A DNA stretch of 64,000 nucleotides, taken from the IMG/VR virus record IMGVR_UViG_3300020469_000029, one strand, 5' to 3'. Below the pieces are notes generated by a model. It ran no database searches. It saw only the letters and a program-made list of their open reading frames with translations, and was not told where the DNA came from. Below, piece by piece: positions 22,701 to 34,700 of this stretch. Both the position numbers and the translations under genes were made by a program. Source of the stretch: an uncultured virus (IMG/VR IMGVR_UViG_3300020469_000029). Lineage: Duplodnaviria > Heunggongvirae > Uroviricota > Caudoviricetes > Kyanoviridae. The first letter of the stretch is position 1. Every line of letters starts with the position of its first letter.

Positions 22701-25700
22701 CGTAATAAGAAAACATTCTACGGAAATCCAGTTTCTACCTTCCATACAATTGCTTCTAATAGATTCTTAGATGCAAAACGTACTATTGCCAATAATAAGC
22801 AAGAACTTATCGATTTTGCAGAAGCAAGTATTGCAATTGACTATCCAGACTACTATTTCCCATCTGACGTTATTACTAACTCTTGGAGTCGATTTAAAGA
22901 TGCTTACAGGATGATTCAGAAGAATAAGGCAATGATTGCTGGAATGGCGTTTGACGACATGAAAACCCAGTATCCATCTTCTTCTATTCCCTCAGATGCA
23001 AAATGTAAGCGAGATCTTGAATATTTCATAGATGCAGTTTCTATAGACATCTATGCTGGTGGAAATCGCTATTCTCGTAAATTTACACTTCAATACTTCG
23101 ATAGTCAAGGTGTTTTCCAATATGTTGATGGTGAGAAGGCAGAAACACGTTTTGCTTATGAAAAAGCAAAAGATCGCATGAAAGCAGCGATTACTAACCA
23201 ATATTCAGGTACAATCAATGCTGTAAACTCTGGAGACTCTTGGACTGGATATCAAGACCTTACAATCACAGCTGATCCAAATCCAGGTGGAAACTATGGA
23301 TCTACTGGATCTAATACTGCAAATGATGGTGTTGACAATTGCACAGACGTACAAGCAGCAATTACTACCCTTTGGGAATTTGTAGATGAAGCATTAAACA
23401 ATAGCAGTATTGCTGACATTCCTAGCGAATCATTAGGCACATATTCACCTCATCAAGAGAAATGCCGTCGTGACCTTGGATACTTCATTGATGCTATTGC
23501 TGAAGACGTTGGTCAAGGTGGTAACTATAATACAGTTGAATTTACTAAAAAATTCTTTAATGCAGATGGCACACCTCTAACTAACGGTGTTGTTGGAGAA
23601 GAAGCAGAAGCAGTCCATGCATTTACAACTGCTGGTACATTGATGTATAACGCAATTAATAACTTGATGTATTGGAAGGATCTTAGTGGGGTTGGATATA
23701 ACCTTAATGATCCTACTACTTACTCTGGTGGTGTTGCTCCTGCTAATCGTTACGATGCTAACTATGCATCTGGTAATAATCAGGATGTTAACAACTGTGC
23801 TAACGTTAAGTCTTATATTGATACGCTGAAAGCGATTGCTACCACTGCAATGACAGCAGGTAACTTAACTAACGTTAATGCACTTTCATCAATTACAGAC
23901 GGCACATTCCAAGATAGTGAGACTGTTAGGACAACTAAGATTGGTTATAAAAATAAAGGTACTGGATTGTTTATTACTGGAGAGCAAATTAAAGGTGTAT
24001 CTTCAGGAGCAATATTTGAAGCAATCGGAGTTAACTCTGGTTTAGGTTGGTTATTTGCTGGCACTGTTACTGGTACCTTTAATCAAGATGAGTATATTAC
24101 CAATTCTACATTAACTACCACAAATTGCACTCAAAGTGTTATTGTTAAAAAAGCAGAATTGAGTGGCACTAAATCTGTTTACATTCCTGCTAATGGAGTA
24201 TTATCATCTCCAGCAAGTGATGATTATGCATTTGGTACTGGAGACTTTACTTTATCTGGTTGGTTCCGTCCAGCAAATAATGTTGGCACACAATACCTTT
24301 GGGACTTCCGTCGTTTAGATGCTACCTCTGGTCTAAACATAAGAATGGATGGACAAGCAATTAAGGTTTATAACGGCACAACATTAGGTCTTTCTAGTGG
24401 TAATGTAGTTACAACAACTGGTGCTTGGACTCATATCGCTGTTGTTAGGACTTCTGGAATTACTCAGTTATATGTTAATGGTGCTCAACTAGGTGGTAAC
24501 TATGTTGACACTAACGATTATCTCTATGCTGCATTGTATCTTGGATGTGACTTCAACCAAGGATCTCATTGGACTGGACATGTAGATAATATATTAGTTA
24601 AGAAAGGAGTATCAGATTATAGTACTGGATTTACGGTTCCAACACAAGTAGACTATACAGAAACAGGTATAGTATTTGGTCTAGATGGTGAAGCACCATT
24701 CATCTTATCTACTGAAGAAACATATGCTCAATACAGTGGTCAGAGATCATCCTCTGCAACTGCTAAGAAAATTGATTATGCTGATAGAGCAGTTATTACT
24801 GAAGACGTTGATATAAGTCGTCAGGAATATAGAGATTGTGCTGACATGATTGACCTTAACGCTGCTTATATTGCTGAGGAAGCAGTAGGTAGAATGAAGG
24901 CAGCATTCGGTGATTTTGTTATTCGTGGTGATGTCCCTGCTCAGAATAGTTACGGTGGCACAAATACATGTATCAGAGATACTAAGGATTATATCCTCGG
25001 TGCTATTATTAAAGACCTTCATGAAGGTGGTAACTATCATACCATTTATACTGCTAGAACTTATCTAACAACAAGTGGTCAATTAGATCACATTAAAGAA
25101 GAGATTCTACAATCATTGTATACATGGAATGAAGTAGGTAAGATTGCTAAAGAAATCATAACAACTACCAGTACTACTCTAACAGGAACATATACAACTA
25201 GGTATAGAATACCAAATAACTTCTCATCTCCTGCTGCATCTGCTGTGCAAGATGAGCTTGATACTCTTGTTAATGACTTACTTAAAGTAATTGCTCCTAA
25301 TGATCAGAGATTTAGAGAAGGTGGATTCCAACTTTGGAAGAATAGAGATTATATTGCAGAAGAAGTTGCTGGATTTATTCAGAATAAGTATCAACAGACT
25401 ATTGATGGTGTTGTCTTTGACTTCCTTGAAATGCCTGGATATGGTCAACCATATTGTGAAAGAGATATTAAAGATTTCATACTTCCTGGTGTGATGTCTG
25501 ACCTTGTTACTGGTGGCACATATCAGACACAAGCAGTTATAGACAAGTATTTGGATAATAACGAAAATATACTTCATGTTGAGCATGAGCTTAATGCATT
25601 AAACGATGCATTTGCACATACTAAGATGCTTTGTATGAAGGCAGTTAATAACCTTCTAATGTCTCCTGGTGAAGTTGCTGCTGGATTACTCGATAATGAT

Positions 25701-28700
25701 GGTGTTGCATTAAGTGCACCTGCATGGTCACATGATGATTATCATGCTCCTTTATATACTACTCAATCTGCATATAGAGATTCTACTATTACATTAGATA
25801 CAGAAGGATATCCTAATGCTGCTACAAGAGCAAATCCTGATAGGTATCTTGATGCTGCTGATATTTTAGCGCATAACAAATCATTGATTGCAAGAGAAGT
25901 TGTATCATGCATGAATGACCTTTCTAAGTATGAGAATTTAGCAATTCCTGGTGGACATGTCAATTGTGAAGATGATGTTTTAGATATGATTGAAGCGATG
26001 GTACATGACCTTCGTTTAGATTGTAATGAGAAGGTATGGGATGCATCTGCATTATATGTTGAGACAGAGAATAACTCACTTAAGCATATTGAATCTGAGT
26101 GGGAAGCATCAATTACTGTAGTTAAGATTCTTAGAGATGTAGTTACTATGGCAATGCGTAATGCATTCGGTAGAGACTATATTGAGGGTGGAGAAAATAG
26201 TGTAGTAGAAGGTTATGAGTCTAATCCAAAAGATACAATCTACCAGTTATGTGGTGATGCCATTGACGGTAACATCAGATACATTGCAGAGCAAGCAGTT
26301 GCTGCTGGTTTAGTCCAATTCCCTAACTTAGCAATTCCTGGTGGTCCTAGCAATTGTGTCCATGACGTTACTGATATCTTAAGAGCATTGGTATTCAACC
26401 TTAAGTATGGTGGTAATAACTGGTTACAGTATGCATCTGAATTCTATACCAGTTACAATGGAAATCTAGATCATATTACTAATGCTCCTACAGAATCTAA
26501 CTGGATCATTAATAAGGCGAAGGAGTATGCAGTTCGTGCAATGAAAGGTCAAGTCATTGCTAATGATGCTGGTCATTTTGCAGATCAAAGAATTTATGAT
26601 GCTGTCCTAAGACCTACAACTGCACTTGTAACTTCTAGTGTGGATGGTCCCACTGCTACTGATTTTAATAATCTATTAACTAGATCATTTGATTCTGGAG
26701 AGAGTAAGATATCAACAGTTGATGTCGCTAATGGAGTAGCACCTGGAGAAGATGCTGTATTCCGTGTAGTTACTAAACTTCCAACATCTCCTATAGACGG
26801 TGTTATATTTGAAGCTGGTGGTACAGATGCTGGTGTTTGGTTTGGTGTCAGAGATAGTGGAACATACTTAAGATTACGTGCTGGTAATGGTGCTAATGCA
26901 TATTCTGCTGGTGCTTCATATGCTAGTGATACTGGTCTTGCAATGCTTGACTTACAGATTAGTAATCTATCAACATACTTTGATGGTGGAGATCATGAAT
27001 TGGTATGGCAGATTGCTATAGGTGGTAATCAAGCTTCTGGTAAGGGTAGAGTTGAATTGTGGATTGATGGTACTAGTGTTGGATCTGCTTCTACTCCTGG
27101 ATCTGGTTATACTGGTCTAAGTGGTGGTACTGGAATATTTGCTGGATCCAACTTTGCTGGATTTGGTATAATGGGTGGAAATCAAGTTACTAATGGAGAA
27201 GCATCTGCTTCTGTTATTAACACATTTAAGGTTAATGTTGGTCCTGCTCCAACTATCAAGTATGATGTTTCTGCTGCTGCATATGATTCATCTACTGGAG
27301 ACCTAGTATTAGATGTTGGATCACATAATCATACAGAAGGCACATTCCTTAGATTAGCAACTGACTCTATTAATTTCACATGTAATATGGATAATAATGT
27401 TTCAACACATTCTTATCCTAGATCTGGAGACCCTGCTGGTAATACTGCTGTAGAAGTACTAGAAGTATATGGCACTGAGTATAAGGCAACTGCTGCCACA
27501 TATACTCCAGATGACGGTATTATGAAATTAACCATTCCTAGTCATGGAATGACTAATCATAGTACTCATACAGTAACAAATTCTGCTTATGATCCAACTT
27601 CAGGTGTATTGCAGTTAACAATACCTTCTCATGGATTTAAGACAGGTGATCAAATTAGAATTGAAAATGGAGCTTTAGTATTCACATGCTCCCAAGATAA
27701 TCATGCTTCTAAGCATGGATATCCAAGACCAAAAGATCCAGCTGGAGATCAATGGTTATTAATTGAATCTGTCATTAGTGCTGATACATTTACTGTTAAT
27801 GTAGGATCTACACCTAAAGTTGAATATGATATTTCTGATGCTACTTACGATCAGAATACTGGCGAATTGGAAATGGAGATTGGTCAGCATCGTTTCGTTG
27901 GTGCTTCAACCCATGTAGCATCTTTTGCTGAGTATAATGCTGATAAGGGTACATTAAAACTAACTGTATCTGGTCATAAGATTGCACCTGGAGAGCAAAT
28001 ACAGATCTTGGAAAATTCCATGACATTTACTTGCTCAATGGATAATCATTATAGTGATCATGTATATCCAAGATCTTCCGACCCTTGCACACGTAAGTGG
28101 CTAGACGTAATTGAGTCTGATATTCCTGGTGGCACATTTGTTGTTAATGTAGGTAAGTCACCTATTAAAGGTTTTGTCCCTACTGCTGCTAATTTCAACA
28201 CTACTACTGGTGCTCTTCAACTATTCGTTGGATCACATACTTTAGCAGTTGGCACTAATATTAAGTTAGCACAAGGATCATTAACATTTACTTGTGATAT
28301 GGATGATCATGCAACCTTACATTCTTATCCTAGAAGTAAGGATCCAGTGCATAATGAGCCTATTGCTATTACTGCTACTACTTCAGATTCTATTACTGTT
28401 AACGTAGGTACTACACCACAAGTTAGATACAATATTTCTAATGCTACATTTACAGGAAATAACGGTAAGTTAGTATTAACTACAGACAGAAAATTTGGTT
28501 TCCGTGATTCATCTATACACAGTATTTCTAATGCAACCTTTGATGGTATGACTGGATTGATGAGATTGACTGTTGCTAATCATGGATTTAGTGAAGGTGA
28601 TAATATTAAATTAGATAATGGAGCAGTAACATTTACTTGCTCAATGGACAACCATGCAACAACTCATGCTTATCCTAGATCAACAGATCAGATGAGTGGT

Positions 28701-31700
28701 AAGTGGATGGCAGTCCGCAATGTATCTTTAGATTCATTTGATGTATTTGTAGGTAGGACACCTGCTATACCATTTACAATTGGAGCTGCTACTTTTGATC
28801 CTACTACAGGTTTGATGACAGCTACTATAGGTCATCATAATCTTAAGCAAGGACATAGTGTTAGATTAGCAACTAATTCTATTGTATTCACATGTTACTT
28901 GGATGCTCATAACAGCACTCATGCTTATCCTAGAGCAACAGGATCTAATTATTCTGGCAATAATGGTGCTGACCCATTCCATAATACATCAATAGAAATT
29001 TTATCTGTAACAGATACTACCATCACCTTTAATGTTGGTGCTGGATCTATCTCAGATCAGAGTGCACATATCTATATCCCTAATGCAGGGATGACTCCAA
29101 CTAATGTTAATCATAATCCTACTACAGGTGTTATGGTCGTTAGCGTACCTAATCATGGAATGGATGATGGAGATTATATTAAGATAGATGATAATGGATT
29201 AACATTTACATGTGCTTTAGATCAGTATGCAACTAATCATTCATATCCACGTCCTTCCGATCCTGCTTCAGGATCATGGTTGAAGATTTCTAATGTAACT
29301 ACAAGCACATTTGAAATTACAGTTAACACAACTATACCTCAAAGTAATACAGACACTCATCTATTTGTATCTGCTGTAGGTAACTGTATTACTAGAGCAC
29401 AGGTTGTAAGTGGCGGTGTTTATAACCATACTTACTCAACATCCGTTACTGATAGTTTACGTCATGCTGGTGATAGTATAAGACTCGCAGATGATTCTCT
29501 AACATTCCGTTGTGATGAAGATGGTCAGTCAAGTGACCACACTTATCCAAGAGCAGCTACAACATCCGTAACACCTAGTGATGTATCTTATGATCCTAAT
29601 ATAGGACATCTTAAGTTTACTGTTGCTAATCATAATTTCTTACCTTACTCATATGTTAAGATTGCAGATAACTCTTTGACATTCACATGTAAGAAAGATG
29701 CTGATGCGACTGACCACACATATCCAAGATCTACCGACCCTGTAAGTGGTAAGTGGATGATGATTCATGATGTAACTACAGACACATTTACTGTTGAAGT
29801 ATTAGATGTTATTCCATCTACAAATACTACAATTCATTCAATTGGTAATATTGCTGCAAACTGTATTACACATAAGAAGGATTACTTCTATGATACAAAT
29901 ATTCCTATCTACGAAGTAGGTAAGACAGATCATACTCCTACAAGTATCAGTTACAATCCTACTCATGGTTACATGCAAGTTACCATGACTAATAGTTTCA
30001 CTAATGCAACAGGAATGTCACCAACTGGTGCTACATTCTATCCTGCTACAGGTACTATAAGAATAGATCTTAATGGTCATACTGTTAAGAATGGAGATAT
30101 GATATTCATTAATGAGGGAGCATTTACATTCCGTTGTGATGAAGATAGTCAAGCATCTGACCACACATATCCAAGATCATCTGATCCTGCTAGTAATAAG
30201 TGGATGAAGGCATTTAATGTTGGTAGTAACTCATTCGATATCAACGTTGGTAACTTCTTAGGTGAAGGTGCTATTTCTAACACCACAACTCACGTTTGCA
30301 CAAGCATCGTTGGTGGATCAGTTTACAAAGCAAATGACTTTGTGATGTTTGATGAGAATGCAATTACATTTACTTGCACTAAGGATAACAATGCTACTAA
30401 CCACACATATCCTAGAAGATCAGATCCTACATTTGGTAAGTGGTTACCTATTGCTAATGTAACCAATACTGGTTTCACTGTTTGGGTTGGTAAATCTGGT
30501 GTTAATGATGTTTATGATCATACCTTTGTATCAGTCGCATCTAACGGTCTTAAGAGACAAACTGGAACTATTACATTAGATGTTGGTGACGGTGCTATTA
30601 CTAACACTACAACTCATGTATTCCAGAGTGCTTCTGCTAATGCATTAATTGGTGGTGGTACTTACACACATATCTTTAAACCATCAACTCAAACATACAC
30701 ACCTACAGGTGCTAATTACAGTCCAACAACGGGTGTGATGACTCTTACCATACCTAATCATGGATTCTTGGATGGAGAGAGTATCAAGATTGGACAGAAT
30801 TCATTAGTCTTTACATGTCTATTAGATGCTAATGGTAGTGACCACCCATATCCAAGAAATACTGACCCAGTATATGACAAGTGGCTCACTATTTCTAACT
30901 GCACAGATCATACATTTGATGTCCAAGTACTAGAGAATATTCCATCAACTAACACGACTCTTCATACATTTAAGAGTGCTCTAACTGGTGCTGTTACAAG
31001 AGCAACAGTTGCAACTGGTGGTAACTACACTCATAAGTTTGTTGCTCCTGCACAATTAACACCAACCAATGCATCATATATTCCTGCTACAGGTATTATG
31101 ACATTGACTGTTGCTGATCATGGTCTTAAGAATGGTAGCAGAATCATGGTGGAGGATGGATTCGTAACATTCACATGTGATCAAGATAGTGATCAAACTA
31201 ATCATGCTTATCCAAGAGCATCTGACCCATATAGTCAGCAGTGGATGGTAGTTAAAAATGTAACTAAAGATACATTTGATGTCCAAGTCTTATTCAATAT
31301 ACCTTCATCTAACACTACAACTCACGCATTTGTATCTGCTAGACCTCAGAGTATAACTGTTGCTACCTTATTCAAGGGTAATGATAGTATTAAGATTGCT
31401 GAGGGTGGTATAACATTTACATGCTCAATGGATGGTGGATCTTCATTGCATCCATATCCTCGCACAACTGATCCTGCATACAATGATTCACTTAGAATCG
31501 TTGATGATGGTATAACAAAATGGACACCAACTGCTGCTAGTTACACACCATCTACAGGTGTATTGGCATTGACAGTTAGTAAGCATGGATTCTCCAATGG
31601 TGACTATATTAGAATTGAAGATTATGCTTTGGACATGTCTTGTGATATGGATAATAATTCCAGTGATCATGCATACCCAAGAGGCACAGATCCTATCAGT

Positions 31701-34700
31701 GGTAAGTGGGTACAAATTTCTAACGTATCTACAGATGGATTCGATGTTAACGTAGGCATAACTGCTGCTGTTAATTACACTCCAACAGATGCAGATTATA
31801 CACCTACTACAGGTGAGATGGAAGTTACTATTGGTACTCATCCACTTAAGGTTGGTCAAAGTATTCAGATTGCTACAGGTGGTATAACCTTAGAATGTAG
31901 TCAAGACAGTTATGGATCAACACATGCATATCCAAGATCTACTGAAGATAGTTTCACTCCAACAAATGCTGTATATGTTGGAGAGACAGGTTACTTAACA
32001 ATTACTTCTAATGCTCATGGATTAGATGAAGGATCACTTGTTAAGATTGATGACAATGCAATAACCTTGCGTTGCACAATGGACGGAAGTCAACAAGACA
32101 AGACTTATCCTAGATCTTCTGATCCTATTAGTGGTAAGTGGAAGCCTATCGAGTATATCGATGCTAACACATACAAGATCTTTGTTGGTAAGTCTGAATT
32201 TAAGAGTTTCGATCCTCAAAATGTAGATTTTACTCCTGGAACAGGTGAAATGGTAGTTACTGTTGGTCCTGACCACGGTATTACAACTGCACACAGTGTT
32301 TATATTAACCGTGAATCAATGTGCTTTACTTGTGGGCAAGATTCCTACGGTAGTGATCACTTCTATCCACGTCCTAATGGTAGTGGTGGTGCAACAGGAG
32401 ATGATCCTGCATACGCTAATGCTGTTTCTGTCGTTTCTGTTAGTGATAGCACAATTACTCTTGACGTTGGTACTTCTTCTAACGTTACACCTCACGTATT
32501 CAAACCTGCTGTCGGTGTAACACCAACTGCAATTTCATATAGTGGTGCTACTGGTCTTATGACTGTTACCATTGCTAATCATGGAATGATAAATGGTGAG
32601 CAAATCATGTTTAATGATAACTCATTAATTTTCACATGTAATCAAGATAGTCATGCAACTGAGCATGCTTATCCTAGACATAGTGATTATGCAAGTAACA
32701 CATGGTTAACTATTCAGAATGTTTCTACCGATACATTCCAAGTACAAGTATTGGATAGTATACCTTCTACTAACGTAACTACTCATACATTTAAGAGAGC
32801 AAAGGTTGGTGCTGTTAAGAGAGGATCAATCAGAGGTGGTGGATCATTCACTCATAGTTTCCAATCATTCGCTTCTAATGGTCTTAAAGCGAAGAGAGAT
32901 AGAGCATACGATCATGCCCTTGAAATTAAGAAGGTTGGTCACGCTAAGTATTCAGCAACTGGTGCTGCTTACAATGCTGCTACTGGTATATTAACACTAA
33001 CAGTTGCTAACAACCCATTTGCAAATGGTGACCATGTAAGAATTGCTGACGATTCATTGGTCATGACTTGTGACATGGATAATAATGGATCTAATCATTC
33101 TTATCCAAGAGCAACAGATCCTGCTTCAGGTAAGTGGTTAGAAATCTCAGGTGTATCTGGCAATGACTTCAATGTTAATGTTGGCACTACACCTCGTGCT
33201 AACTACCTAGTTTCTGCTGCAACATATGAGCCTACTACAGGTGTCATGACAATGACTATTGGTGCTCACAACTATAATGCTGGTGAGTCAGTATACATTG
33301 AAGAAGAGTCACTAGTATTCAAGTGTCAAGCAGATAACTTTGGTAGTGAGCATAAGTATCCTCGTGCTAATGGTAATAGTGGTGCTACTGCTGATGACCC
33401 ATATTATGATGATGCATGTCCTATAATTTCCGTTACTGCTGACACTATAACAGTTAACGTTGGTATCTCTAGTAACGTTACAACTCACCAGTTTGTAAGA
33501 TCTGAAAATGCATTTACCCCAAGCACAGCTTCTTATGTCCCAGGTACAGGCGTATTAACAATAACTGTTAATGGTCACCCATTTGAGAATGGAGATAAGG
33601 TACAACTTAAGAATGGTGCATTTGTATTCGAGTGTAATGAGGATAGTTATGGATCTCTGCATCCATATCCTAGAGCACAAGATCCTGCTGCTGGCGAATG
33701 GTTAGTAATCTCTAATAAGCAAACAAATACATTTGATGTTAACGTAGGAGTTTCTTCTAACACTTCAACTCACCAGATTTCATCTATTGTTACAGGTGCT
33801 GTTATTAGAGGTACAATCCGAGGTGGTGGTGAATATACACACGCATTTGTCTCTGCTGTTGCTGATGGATTAGAGAAGAAGAATTCTACAATTACGGTGA
33901 ACGTGGGATCAACTGTTGCTGGTAATCATACACACAGATTTGCTTCTGCTACATCTGGTGCTATTACTGCTGGTGGTAACCACACTCACACATTTGAAAG
34001 ATTTAAGAATAAGTCTCTACACAGACAAAGTGGTAAGATTACAGTTAATGTAAATATTGCAGCATCTAACAATCTATACGATCATACATTTGCAAGTGCG
34101 TTACCTGGAGCAGTAATTGCTGGTGGTAAGTATCAACATGCATTTGTATCTGCTAAGACAGATGGTGTTTGGAAAGCAAATAGTTATATTAAGATTTCAG
34201 ATCATGCATTATCATTCCAATGTGATCTTGACAATTACGCTACAGATCACCTGTATCCTAGAGCAACTGACCATGCAAGTAATGAATGGTTAGCAGTATC
34301 TAATGTAGACGCTAATGGAAATGACTTTGAGGTACAAGTCCTTAAGGGTGTCCCATCAACCTTCTTAGGTGCACATACATTTGTATCCTGTATCGATGAC
34401 GGTATACAAATACAGAATGGTAAGATACGAGTTAATGTTGGTGTATCTCCTGCTGGTCAGACTTATCAACATACATTCGTAAGTGCAAACTCTGGATGTG
34501 TAATACAGGGTGGTAATTATAAGCACAATTTTGTGAGTGCTGCATCCAATTGTATTGAAGTAGTTAATGATGGCACTAAGTTAACACCTACAGATGCATA
34601 CTATGATCCAATTACAGGTGAGTTAACTCTAACTGTTGCTGGTCATAGTTTGAGAGCTGATGATGCTGTGATTATTGTTAGTAACGCACTAACATTTACA

